Of a stretch of DNA of 64,000 nucleotides, positions 49,344-63,007 are shown piece after piece (the first letter of the stretch is position 1; each line of letters opens with the position of its first letter). A model generated the notes under the pieces. That model worked only from the letters and a program-made list of their open reading frames with translations. It made no database searches and was not told the DNA's origin. The position numbers and the translations under genes were made by a program. This DNA is from Kudoa neothunni (taxonomy: Eukaryota; Animalia; Cnidaria): NCBI GenBank assembly GCA_964304625.1, contig OZ199840.1, forward strand, positions 2,086,532 through 2,150,531, read 5' to 3'.

Positions 49344-52300
49344 CCCATTAAGGTTTTGGTCAATGAAAATTAACGAAATTTTAGAAACAAACAAATTTAT
49401 TCTATTTTTTATGGAAAATTGATGAACATTTTAAATGTAGTCTTGAGCCACATCCTTCACAATAATGGTAGGTTTTATTGTGGCATACAACACATCTTCT
49501 TTCTTGATCACTGATAAGGGAAATACCTAGACATGAATTCATTAAAGTATTTAAAGCAATCAACGGTCATTTTCTTATATTTTCATTAACACGAGGAGTT
49601 ATTAATTCGGAAACAATTATTCGAGTGTGTTGTAATAATGTAAGTTTTGGATTTGAACTCTTTTGTATCAGTTTCCAAGAGTTAATGACACATACAGATA
49701 AGAAGTTTGTGAATAATTTCTAATACCATTTCTTCCCCTTTATGGATATTCAGTAATTAGCTATTGCATTGTCAGCGAGGTCTACCCCACCTATATTCTT
49801 ATTGTATTCGCTAATAATTGTTGGTTGTGGTATTGAAATATATTTTTTTTCTTTTTGAGAGTACCTCTGTTGAGTATTAACATTATTAATTTGTGTGCTA
49901 TGGGGGGCAAGACCTATTTTTGAATTAAAACACGTGTTTCTCTTGTAATAAAAATATATAACAACTGGTGCTGTAACAGTGAGGAATTTAAAAATGGGCT
50001 ATAAAGAGGATTTAAGCGATCTCATCTGCGAGCTACATGAAGAAAATCTCAAGACGCAAGAGAAACTCATCGAAAAGATGATGATAATGCTAAACAATCA
50101 AAACACCAAGCCACAGTCAGTTCCCTGATTCCCAACGTTTAAACCTGAACTTGAGTCTTGGTACACATACAGTGGTCGCATGCAGCACCACTTCACAGCG
50201 AACAACGTAACGGACTAAAGAAGTACACCCTCTCGCCGCCATGATGGAGTTTAATAAAACTTACAAAAGACCGGAGCAAACGTACACCGAATGGATATCT
50301 GAACTCTGCGGAAAAGCAAAAAAATGCCGCTTTAAATGCGACGATGAGAAATGTGGAGCTGGTTACGCTGATAAAGCCATACGTGACATGATTATTATAC
50401 ATACTCCAGATGATTACATTCGCAACATGGCTCTCAGGATGACAAATCCTACCCTGGAGGAAATCATAAACATTGCGATCAGTTTCGAATCGTCCACATT
50501 GGCAGCGTCTAAGCTGAAATTAGAGGATACCGTGTCACCAAACGAAATACATAAGATGGCACCCACATATGCGAAAACATGCCGACCAAAATCAAAGTTG
50601 TTAGAAAAATTCAAATCTTGCAAATGGTGCACCGTCGATCACGAACGAGCGAGTCGTAAATTTCGCAACGCAACCTGTGCAAAATGCAACAAACCCGGCC
50701 ACTTAGCAGAAGTTTGTTTATCAATGCAAACGAAAAAGGAAATCCGAAGAAGGACAAAAAATGTATACAACATAAATACATTGGATCGGATAAACCAAAA
50801 AAAGATCATGGTACCAGTGCAAATATGCGGCAACACCCTAAGCTTCCAAATTGATACCGGTGCGGAGAAGTCACTGATCACCAAAAGAGCTTTCGACAGC
50901 CTCAAAGGAATCGCGTTAAAACCCACGAAAGCGCGACTACGAGCATATGGTGGTACTGAAATAAAACTTGTGGTAGTAGACGCTCCTCTTGGATGCAACC
51001 TTATCGGTCTGGACAACATTCAAAAATTCAACATACCATTGCCGAATCTTAATTCATCAATTGATAACGCTGATAATAATACCATAAACAAGAATGAAAT
51101 GTCACTCATAAATAATAAAGTAAAGCTGCTAACTGATAAATATTCGGATATATTTGACAACCAGACAGGATGTTGTGATAAATTCCAAGCGTCATTATCG
51201 TTTAAGCATGGATCAAAGCCAGGTTGGTTCCTTACAATGTTCTACCAAAACTCGAGGAGGAACTAAAGCGTCTAGTAAATAAGGAAATACTAACAAGTAT
51301 TTCTAGCAGTGAATGGGCATCTCCGATTGTTGTGGTCAAGAGACAAAATGATAATGTTAGGATCTGTGGAGATTTTAAATCAATAAACTCTCAACTGATA
51401 ATTGACACCTTCCCAATTCCTAAAGTTGAAACTCTGTTTCACCGGATTGGACAATCAAAATACTATTCAATTATTGATCTAAGTGATGCGTATCCACAAA
51501 TTCCACTCTCTGAGGAAGCTTCTAAAGTGTGTGTTATAAATACCCCATTCGGTCTCTTCAAGTATAACAGACTACCCTTCGGGATAGCGTCAGCGCCTAC
51601 ACTGTTTTAACGGCTTGCGGAACAAATGATCAACGGACTCCCTAATGTCGTCACTTATCTGACGACATACTGGTTTCTGGAAATACAATCGAGGAACATC
51701 TAACAAACTTAACCAATGTCTTGGAAAGATTGCGAACCTACAACCTACGTTGTGCACTTGAAAAATGTAAATTCCTAGCAAGCGAAGTAACATATCTTGG
51801 TCATAAACTTTCATCAGATGGAGATATTCCATCTGATGAAAGTTTAAATGTTATAAAAATCCTTAAACGACATGTAAACCAAATTCGTATTTGCAAACGA
51901 TACGACAAAAACAGCGGAATAATCGATGCCGTCCCAATTTCAAACGAATCAATACCTACCTCTCCTGAGTCCACATCAATCTCAACTCCCCAACCTAGGC
52001 GTTCCACGCGAATCGCTCAAAAGTTTCAAAAAATCCTCTATCGTTTTTTTAATGATTTCTTGGTTCAAGTGGACAGTGGCCAGTTCGGTTTGCTCTAACA
52101 GTTCCGATCGCATTAATATTTATGCTCCTCAAATGTGTGAAAAGTTAATGTGATGAAAAAAAGTTGTCGAAATAAACTTCAACATCTAATTTATCATTTA
52201 TTTCGCTTATAAAATTCATAACCACACCTTCTCCTAACCTGGAATATGTTTTTTGTGTTTCCTTACCGCAACAGACTTTGAAACTATAAATATATCCCGC

Positions 52301-53230
52301 TCTATTCGGCATAACCCAAATTTAAAGCCGAAACGAATTGGCTTTCCTTTAATGAACATTTTCTACGAATGCATTCCATAATATGGAACCATATGCTCGT
52401 CGACCGAAATTATTTTATCAAAAAACCCAAAAATCTTGAAATTTTTATTTAATTTTTCGATCAATGGTCGTATTTTGAACAATTTATCATCCTTATCAAT
52501 CATATCATTATTAGCAAAATGTGTATACTTTTTATTTCTTTAAATTGTTTGAAGGTCATGGCCTTCTTCACTAAGCCTACCCCAGAATCCTCTTCGGTTT
52601 CCCAATACATTTTTGGACTCGGAAGTTTATGATAGCCCGAGAGAATTAATATTCCGATGAATGATTTTAGTTCGTTGATCGTTAGGTTGAATGAATGGTC
52701 ATTGTTTTGTCAAAAAATTGTTGGAAAATTTCGTATGATCCTACATATCATTTAAAATATAATTGTATATTGTATACCTTCGTATAAGCCATCAATATTA
52801 ATTTTAGGTTGACTTATATATCCATTGAAGTCTGACATCATTCATTTTAATCCCAACGTGCTTGAAGTGTTTATTGGGTCGTTTTTGACCCAGCAAACAA
52901 ATGTATTTATTATCATTCTAACAACGATAATAGTCAACTCATTAGAACATGAAAACTCTTCCTAATTATTTCCAATATTCCAATAAAATTTAATAATAAA
53001 TATTGTTGATTGAACAGAATTTACATCACTATTATTAATATCGGGTGAATTCATCGCAAATAGAATAATAATTAATAACCGAATCATTCTTAAAATATCA
53101 CACTTATACTTTTAAAATGTTGAAACGTTAAAAATTCATTTCTCGTAAATAAAGAGATATACACATTTTAGCTTTGTAAATAAAAGGGGATTACTGGTGG
53201 GTCGTTTTCAACCCAACAAACCTTAATGGG
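49344..53230 (-). mobile_element. piggyBac (PGBD3-like) element interrupted by a gypsy relic
   Basis: Perfect 13-bp TIR CCCATTAAGGTTT with TTAA on both sides; minus-strand VYFDNFFSS...GTVRANR and RYSQKEKKYISIPQP...YNKNIGGVD. Confidence 0.9.
49892..52021 (+). mobile_element. Deleted Mag-like gypsy relic (gag, PR, RT, IN tail; no RNase H, IN core or 3' LTR)
   Basis: ...TAACA-AC-TGGTGCTGTAAC LTR/PBS junction at 49963; CAKCNKPGHLAEVC, IDTGA, WASPIVVVK..RICGDF, PRRSTR tail. Confidence 0.88.
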
Positions 53231-53881
53231 TTAATATCGATAGAATAGCCTATCTAACTGTTATATTTTTCAGAAATATTTTTTATCATTGGATTACATT
53301 CAAGCAATTATTAATCGATCGATTTTTATCCAAATCTTAAGGTAAGTCGGCATTAGCAGTAATAATTAAATATAATCAAAACTACTGACACCGTAGGTAT
53401 TAGATGTATTTGTGAAAATAGCCACCTTCTTTAAACATTTAGATTCAACAGATGATAGATGGAATAAACTACTCTAAAGTCTTTAAGTGTCCCCAAATTA
53501 AACGTTGTTATCAAACGTCACACCCATAATTTTAAAAATACGTGGATCTGATGCAATATAGGCCCCTAATCCGCCATATGCATTTATCGGATTATCATAT
53601 AAAAAAGGATTACGGTACATGACACCAGTTGCTCGTGCTTGAAAGAGTCATATCCTTTTATTTTACAATAAATAATAAAATATAAAAATATTCCAGAGAT
53701 TTGCATGATTCTTGCGCCTCCATTGGAATTCAAATAAAAACTCATCTATGACACTTTGTACAATTTCTTTGCTATCATTGGTAGATGATGTTCGGTTTCT
53801 TTGAGAAATTTTATATTTTATTGCAGCATCTCCAGGATAGAAAATATTTTATAATTTCTTTACAGGAGAAATAATTTTTTA

Positions 53882-54891
53882 CCCTTACGGGACGGTGCTC
53901 CCAAAATTGACGTACGTTCCGGTGCGGGTTCAAAAATGACCCCACCGATATTTCGTAATATAAGTTCGGAATTCCAATAAAAAATTATTCAGAATTTTTA
54001 ATATGTTATAAATATTTAATATAAAAGATTAAATAGTTTAAATTATTTCTCCATCATTGGGAAAAATGGGTTAAACCGTAGGAGTTTGTTGGTTCACATG
54101 AACTGACCCACACAACCAGCTAACCTCGTTCATTCACTACCGGCCAATGATTTTGCATTGGAATAATGTGACTTGAGATCAAAAAATTCAATACAACTAA
54201 TTTTTGCTATATATATTTTAAGAACAGGGAAACCGCTGCGGCGGCAGATATCCGAAGATTTTCTGTTAATCTTCATGTTGTAAGAATAGGATTATATTTG
54301 TAACGTGAGTTTTTTCGCTCTCATGAGTCATCGAAGAGCAATCAAAATCTTCATCTATTGACGAATCCATCATTTCTACATGATCTTCACAATATGAAAT
54401 ATCTGAAGACCCTTCAAATTCAACATCACTGTCTACGTCCTTGTTTTCGACAGAATCATTTAACAGATCTTCGTATAGTTTTCTTGACATAACCTTAAAA
54501 GAGTTTTTTCAGTCAAAAATAAAAATAAACTTATTGTTACTACTAATATAACTGTAAACAAATCGCGTGCGTTTAAACTAAATTTGTTAATCCTCAGCTA
54601 ATCCACATAATATCGTTATTTATCGGTAAACAGTCAAAAGTTATTTGTTCTGATTATACTTTTAATTATTTAACTCTCATATTGATTTTTTAGATTTTTT
54701 ATCTATAATTATTGTAAATTAAGGAGAAAAATATTGATGTTTAGGATGAATTTGTGAAACATGTGTTAAAATGAAGCCGTAATTTTATAGAATTTTTGTA
54801 TAAATATTTATTTTTTGAAGATAATATCAGCAGGAAAACACTAAAATACGAAAATTGGGGTCGAGATTGACCCCACACCGTCCAGCAAGGG
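53882..54891 (-). mobile_element. Internally deleted piggyBac element
   Basis: CCCTTACGGGACGGTG / CACCGTCCAGCAAGGG|TTAA; acidic N-terminal ORF 54266-54490; GGGTC..GACCC motifs near both ends. Confidence 0.85.
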
Positions 54892-55006
54892 TTAATAGGA
54901 AAGACGGGAAGCCGCACGTATGGGATTAGGGCACCTATATGCAAGGTCAGCCAAATCGCTGATCCCAAATTTTCCGGATAACCGAGGTTCGATTGTGTAT
55001 AGAAAA

Positions 55007-58000
55007 TAGGGGTTAAGATCGGTTTCGGTTTTAAAATCTATTTTTTAATTGTTATAATTTAGCTTCTATTATCAGTTGATGCTGAATTTTAAACAAAGAA
55101 TCACTAAAATAAGTAATCAATCACATTTTTTTACATATTTTTAGTAATAGTAAAGTATGCGGAACCTAAAAAATATCTCCTTATACATATTCTTTCGCAT
55201 TTCTTTTTTCACGATTCTTGATAATAAAATAAAATAATATGAAATGCAAAAATTTAGCTGAAAATAATAACTTCAAAATTTTGAGAATTATTCATCCGAA
55301 TGTGGTGGTCGGATACACGTGTAATCTCTATCTTTTTTTCAACAAACATTGAATTTTTATGTTTCTATCTTAGTTGTTAACTCAAAAGTTATTTATTATT
55401 ACTATTTAGATTTTTTGCTTTTGATAGCTAACAATTTTATAAACTAACTTGGAGAATAAACTATTTGCAAATTTCACAAAAATATTTCATTTTTCGCTAA
55501 GATAATACTTTATGAACTTTCAAATATCGATGTCAATGTAGTAAGATTTGTTTTAGTTTATAATTTTTTAGATTAAATTTTTTTAAAGAAATTAAGAATT
55601 TATTCAATTTTTATTACTAAAATTCAGAAACCTAAACTTTAAAAATGATGATACTAACTTGGTTTACCCTGCAGTGTTTGTATAATATTGGAAAAAAATT
55701 ACTAAGCGATATTTTTATTGTTTTTTAATTTTTTTTATATGTCAAAGTTTGGTAACAAATAATTCTCAAAAATATGCGATTGGAGAATATTACGAGATAT
55801 AAAAATATATTTATAGAAAATATCAATTCTTTGAAAGGCATAATAACAACATTTTTACGTTTGTAGAATGGTAGACTAAACACACACGTAAAATTTCCTC
55901 TAATAAAGTAATAACATCATATAATCGACCTCAAGATATTTACCTTTTAAAATTAAATGCTTATCTTTAATATAGTGTTGATTTATTTGAAAAAAATTTA
56001 TCAGTTCTGTTGGAGATTATAACTAATAAATAAATTAACGGTGGCTTTCATCGCCTTGTTAAGTAAGCTCTATATTGTTTTACTGCCGGACCTGAACGAG
56101 CCGCGTGTGTGTTTATTCTAAGTCTGAGTGAGCCTGAAAGAAAACACAACAAATTATAAGAAAATGCATTTTGAGAGCACGTGGTTAAGTTCTTGTTTAA
56201 AACCATTCATATTTAAAAGCCAATAAAAACATGTATAGATAAATTCAACATCGTAAAAATTTTCTTTTATACGATAAAAAATACGAGATGAAACCAATTT
56301 ATGAATGATTTCCAAAACGAGTCAGAGAATAATTCAATGTTTGTTGAAAGAAGGTGGAGGTTACACGTGTATCCGATTGCGTTCGGATGAAAAATTCTTA
56401 TAATTTTAAAGTTATTATTTTCAGCTGAATTTTTTACCTCCGTATTCTTTCATCTTATTATCAAGAATCGTGAAAAATGTGCGCAAGAGGTCGTTTTTTA
56501 GGTGCCGCATACTTTACTATTACTAAAAATATGTAAAAATGTGATTGATGCAGTACTTATGTGCAAAAAAAGTTCGACCAGTACGTTGCATGCACACTCT
56601 AAATTACATGGGATTGATTCGAAAAATAAGTTGTTGCAATCGCTGACATTTTTCTATTGAAATTTAGAAACATACACATAAAACCCGTTATTGAAAGTTT
56701 TGCGAGAAAAAGTCTTCGGGATTTTAACCTAGATAGTGATATTGCCAAAATTGCAAAAAGTACCACCATAAGACGATTGTTGAAAAAAGTTCATAATAAA
56801 GAAATCCCAGTATCCTATGATGAAATTTTCGATTCTTGCGTAAGAGTAGAAGCATCTATAGTGAGCAAGATAAAAAAAAATTTTCCAGTGCCAATTCAAG
56901 ACCTGCGCTCTGTTTTGATGAGTGGACTTCAAGGTCTAAAAACGATTTCTTAATATCCAAGCATATTTCGAAGACAACAACATTTCGCTCGGGGTTATTA
57001 GAGTCACCGAAAGATGTACAGGCATAGAATTGGCGTCTTTAATCAAAAACTAACTATCGAAATTTGGCGTTACGTCCTTATTTATGTATACCGATGGAGC
57101 GTCAAACAGGGCAAAATGCACTTTTGAATTGGGTTTTCAGCAGATAAAGTGCATGCTACACGGAATAAACTTAGGTAATTAAATTATTAATTGACAACCT
57201 ACATTAACGTATAGCCAGCAGCCAACAAATATCGAAACTATAACTGACGAGCCGGAGTTTGATGAATAAGAATTTGTCCTTGTGCCAAGTTTCTTAGATA
57301 TTTTATTTCGGGTTGGGTCAGTTGTCAGTTACTTTTCAAGATCTAGATCTGGATTGACCTCCGACGCATTGAGAAAATCATGTGAACGAAAAGACATTAA
57401 ATACCTATCACTGAATATCGATTGAATGACACGATGGTCAAGTTGTTACGATATATTAGTTAAATTTATGAAATGTTTGAGGTTATCGAAGGCGCTTACA
57501 TGATTTTGGAAAGGATTTACTGACCAATAAAGATGAAATTATTTTAGTCAATGTAATTATCTATAAAGATATTGTAAAAATGACTGAATGTTAAGGAATT
57601 AACATCATGTCTGGAAATTGTGCATCGCGCCGTTCTCAAACTTTCAGAGTCACAAATAAATCTTGCACAATGTGACTTCAAACTAACCAACACAGTTGAG
57701 TATCTCTCACTTATTGACGGAACAATTTCAGAAAATTTAAAAATGAAATTTATCGAACGCTGCTTTGAACGACGCACCATTTGGTCTGACATATTTATGT
57801 TTTTGAGCTTCGATTCAAACATTTGTGAAAAGAGTTTATTCTACAGAAGACCGTCAAATTTTGAGCTACAAGAAGCGATTGACTTCATTGAACCGAATGA
57901 TCAAATCCACAACTATGAACCTTCGGAAGCTGAAACAGATTTAGACGATTTGATAAATTACGCGGCCAGACCGAAAAAGTTAAAATATTGTTCGGATTCC

Positions 58001-58552
58001 AACGAAATTACCAATTTTATTAATCACGGTGTGATGTCAGATCGTTTAGAGAGGGTTCGTAAAACTCTCTCTAATATATAAGGCCTACAAGTATTGACTC
58101 AGAAAGATGTTTTTCCCTATGAAACATGAAACCGTGTTATTTCCCCCTTGAGAACAAAACTGAGTGATTCGAAACTTGAGACAATTGTTTTTATTTATGA
58201 AAATAGAAATAACTAAATTGAAATTTGAATTATAGAATTTTTTATAGTGCGTTTGAAAAAATTTTAGCTTAAAATATATATAGTCGTTTTTAAGGTAATT
58301 ACAAAAAACGTTAAATAATAAAATTAATTATAACAGTAAAAGTTTACATAAAAATTAATTCTATTCTAAAATAATCCAAAATTTAGATTGAAAGAGTATG
58401 TTTAAACAAAGAGTGACTAAAATAAGATTTCATTCTATCACATATTTAAATTTTTTTGCTTGAACACAAATTTACAATGATAATTGAACAAATTATTTAC
58501 AAAACCGAAAACCGTTTTAGAAATAATCGAAACCGAACCGTCTTAACTCCTA
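55007..58552 (+). mobile_element. hAT (Ac/ZBED-like) element with pseudogenised transposase (about 56570-58216)
   Basis: TIRs TAGGGGTTAAGA.CGGTT / AACCGTCTTAACTCCTA, subterminal AAACCG repeats, decayed 8-bp TSD atagaaaa / ttacaaaa; FDEWTS, TDGASN, CMLH, TRWSS. Confidence 0.85.
55110..56560. mobile_element. Nested element with about 200-bp imperfect inverted repeats (55110-55330 / 56356-56560) enclosing a Helitron-like family fragment
   Basis: tcaatcacatt...gtaaagtatgcgg...cacgattcttgataataa...ggatacacgtgtaa is mirrored on the other side. Confidence 0.7.
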
Positions 58553-58867
58553 TTACAAAATACAAACTTTGGAATTGCCCAAGATTGTGTGTTCCAAGAA
58601 ACGATGAAATTTCAAAAAAGTTATGGAATTGTTAAAAGTCTAATCTATTAGGAATAGTAGGATTTGTGTCTGAATAGAGATGATTTAAATTTCAAAATAA
58701 TAGAACAATTTTTAGTTGTATTTTTTTAGCGTTTTAAGTTTTCATCGAAATCAACCATCGGGTGACCGAGAGGATTAGCGCCACCTGGTGCGAAGGTTAT
58801 GGGCGATAAATCTGTATATAGATGTTATATTGAAAAATTTTTTCCTTAATTAAATATTTCCAACACT

Positions 58868-61800
58868 CCAAGCAACGCTGGGCAATTCACGCCAGTTAAT
58901 AATATAATTGTTAAGTTTTATTTCAATAACTAATATGGATCATTGTATTAAGTATCCATGTATAATATATATTAATTAAAATTAAACATGTTTACTACCC
59001 TATTTATGAATTGAGTAAATAAGGCTATTTTACGAATATGATACAAATAAATGATTTATTAACGAAATGACTAAAATAAATCTAAAATCTAGAGAATAGT
59101 CATATTTATGCATTTCAAGCTAGTCGCTATTTCAGTATCCTTTCATCTTCCAAAACACAAAAGTGTAAACCAATCTAAATTAATATTGATATCACAATGA
59201 ATTTTATGTTGATCATGTTATTACATGGCAATAACGAGAATTCCATAGATGCAGAGTAAAACCAGAAATAATATATCTACAAATAATTATGTGATTGTTT
59301 ATAAGAATTATTACTTCTTGATTTATGGCCCATATAAATTTCATCCGAAAACACAGGCCTAAAATATATTTAGAGTACGATGGATATGAATTATCTCTTA
59401 TGTTAATTGTTTATATATTAAATAAAATTAATTCACATAATTAATAATAATGATTAAAAAGGATATTTAAAATGAGTACATTGTAATACTCTATTAAAAA
59501 TATACACTTTAACTTTAATGTTTATAAAAAATGAAGTAAATCTCTTTTGTTCTTTAGAATATTAATCTTACGAATTGGAAAATTTTGAAGGAACAAAACT
59601 AATTTTATGAGCGGATGAAGGGTCTTCTGGCCTGAAACAAATATAAGTTTTTATATAATTATGCACCTTACGTAATATAATAGGCACACATTCCTTCTTT
59701 ATTGCAATACTAAATTTTTTCAACTTTAATGAGTAAACCGTATATATGATGGTTTACTTGATTTGCACCACATGCCATATCTTTGCAAGGACTCAGATCA
59801 TTGTACTTTGATACACATTTGCCCATTACACAAATCTTAATTCAATTAAAACGGAAATTATTAGCTACGTTACTATTCCATCAGGACATCTTATGTTTTT
59901 ACATTTTTCCAAATTTTCTATGGCATTAATACATCTATTGTTCATGCACATCTACGTTAAATTGCACATCAGAACACCAACAAAACCATATATCACTCTA
60001 TTTTCGCCACATTTATGACCGTTTGGAATAAGTCCTTGAAAATCATCCTTGATGTAATTATCCAACAATCTAGAGTTGAATAAGTTTAAACTACCAGATA
60101 AAGTAATTATTACATGCATCTTCCTCCCAATTCTCGACTGTAATATGATTTTCCAATTATGTTTTTTCCGTCAGAGGAAAAACAGGGCAATGCGCCACAA
60201 TATGAACCCCTCACGAAAATTTTGAAATGCTCATCAATATTATAATTACTCGAATTTTTCTTCCGGTGGTGTCAAATCATATATTCCCATGTTATCGATT
60301 AGCTTTTGACATCTTGGTTCGTATCTCGCACTCGCTATGCACGAAAATTTAATTTTCGCCAGAGTTTGAACCCATTTCCTTACTCGAGTTTTGGGTTGTT
60401 CTACATTGTTGATAAGAATCTGGACAAATTCCACTGACACAAAATGACTACGTATAGAAATATTTAATTAAATAGCTCATATTAAATTGATTTATTTAAC
60501 TCTGCCTGATCGACAGGGAGTTCCGTCTGGTTTATTTTTCGCTCCGGGGCACTAAACTGTTTTAGAAATAAAATCTCATTACCATATCGCTTACGAAAGG
60601 GCTCTTCCCGGAACACGTATCTTCCAGGTGACATTCACCAGCTTGTCGACATACACCACCACTTTTTATCTTTGTAGAGATCACGAACCAATAATAATGT
60701 GAGAATAGAAAAATCAGATACTTTGCAAGATTCACAGCATTCCCCTTTCGAACACTCAGCATTTGGCTTGAATTTGCAGGTGGTCATATTACAACAGTTG
60801 ATTTCACCACTGATGATACAGTTAGCTTCGAATCCACAATCGCATTCTTCCCCAGGATCTACCATACCATTTCCGCAGAACTGAAATTGAGGGTGGTTGA
60901 CATTATTCTACATTGCATTAAATAAAATGTTTTTATTTTAATAATATTTTTGGATACAAGTAAAAAGTCATTTGTATGAAGTTTACTGAGGTGTGATTTT
61001 AGGTATTCGAATCCTTTTACACTAAAGGCTGGTGGGTACGATAGGCTATCTGGCCTAGCAAAAAATTTATTATGTAACTATTTCCTCAATGTACCATTCG
61101 GCGCAAACTGGTATCATGACACATCCATATTTTTCATTAAAACATTGGCTTTCTTTATCATAAAAATAAATTATAACTTTGTGACAAATAATGAATTACC
61201 GCCTCCTAGAACATGAGGACACCCAAGCATATGTCCTAATTCATGTTGGAATGTTCTGTGATTTGTTTCTACATCTATTTTTTCTTCCTTAGATATCTAT
61301 TTATTGAGTGCATTAGATTGTTTTAAATAAATATATACCTGTACGATGGCGACACCTAACGCTGGAACTCCGATGTTATTAGGTAGTGCTATACCCATAA
61401 TACCACCACCTTGTATATACGGTTGATACCTTACGTATAATGACCAATACAAATTGATAACAAAATCACTTACACAAAAATTAAATGGTATCCCCTATCG
61501 ATTGAAAATTTAGTGAGGAAATTATGAAATTGGAAAATCATTTGGTTTAAATTCTTTTCTTTCTCCTGGAAATTGCTTAGTTTGAACGATTTTATAATTA
61601 TTTTTATGTTGTGCCATGAATAACACTTAACAAAATAAAATTGTTGTGGGCCTAGAAAAATACAAGTACTTGCATTGATTTAATTATTAAAGATTCCAAA
61701 TGTGTAGGATCTCTATCGTCAAGTTCGAGCTTGAATAAATTGCCATTTTATAACCTGTAAATTTAATATTTACCGTGCTTAGAGCCTTATGTACGTCAAT

Positions 61801-62589
61801 ATGGACATATCTGGTTTTCTCAATCCGCCTAATGTATCTAGAATTTCGCCGCATCTATAATAAAACAATATGAAATACGTCGACTTCAACGAAAAATTAT
61901 ATATTATACTTCAACCGCTATAGAATCATGTTCATTATCAACTAAATTAGAATTTTTAAACTAAATCAAATAACCGATTAACTCAATTACCTGTATTGGC
62001 TATTAAAAAAGCAATAATTATTGTATTTGTAATCATTGCGTCAATCAAATATATATATATATATATATAGAAAGTTCAATTCTTAACTGATAAAGATATA
62101 ATGAGCTTTCATAGCATTAGAAACGCTTAACTCAGAGTAATCTAATCACTAAATCAGTTTTACACATAAATTGGAAGTAAGATACCAAAAAAAATTAATC
62201 AATCACTTATTTACAAATAAATTTTGTATTATAGTTTATGATAAGAATAAATATTAATCTCTTGAAAACCAAATTCAAATCAGATATGTAAAATAGTGAA
62301 AAATGTAAGTCTCAAGTTTAAATTCTTAATGTCAAAGAAATAACATTATATATTACACCGTGGGAGGGGGATACACAAGATCTATGATATCGATCTGTTG
62401 TAATAGAAGGTGAATCCATGGTTAAACCTCTTATGCGTCCACCATGAAGGTTTATTAAGCTCACTGCTAAATAAAAAATAATATACAATTTTCAACTCAT
62501 TCATCCAAGTAATAATTTTTAGAGGATTAGATATGAGGTTTTATTTATTCGTTACTTCATCTAATAATTAATAGAGAAGGTATTATATT
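58868..62589 (-). repeat. 3.7-kb inverted segmental duplication, copy 2
   Basis: Reverse complement of 26778-30486 with a few substitutions and an expanded (TA)n at about 62050-62069. Confidence 0.97.
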
Positions 62590-62880
62590 CAACATTAGAT
62601 CAATTTTTTATATAATAATCTCTAAAAAATGCCCTAAGAGATTCTTTGATTTTAATTATTGTGAATGTAAGAGAGAGACACCACAAAGCAACAATAACAA
62701 CAACAATAATAATTGCGCCCCCTCAGCTAATGATTTGTTAATCTCCTGTACTAATCTACCAACATAACAGTAATTACAGGAGAATTTGATTTAATAAGTT
62801 ATTAATTAAAATGCACATTTTGTCTATGTGTCGTTCCTGTCTCAAGATTGCGTGATTTTATCTTCAATGTGTTGAGCACT
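59568..62880 (-). CDS. ADAM/reprolysin metalloprotease-disintegrin, copy 2, with additional upstream prodomain sequence; 5' end not resolved
   Basis: [11 protein letters not shown] at 61213-61245; same exons as copy 1 plus [20 protein letters not shown] (about 62725-62787), resembling the ADAM prodomain CYYxGxV...S motif. Confidence 0.85.
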
Positions 62881-63007
62881 CAGTGTGATGTTATTAAGAT
62901 ATTAGAATTATTGCATAGTACATAAATTTAATTAAAACATTACAAAATGTCAAAAAATAATCATTGTAAAACATAAACGTAGTGTTATAGTTTTTTTATT
63001 CTATATA

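Noticed and set aside
62670-62715. Poly-Leu stretch on the minus strand as the ADAM signal peptide
   Set aside because: It comes from a (CAA/TAA)-rich simple repeat downstream of prodomain-like sequence and is followed by a stop; probably intronic.
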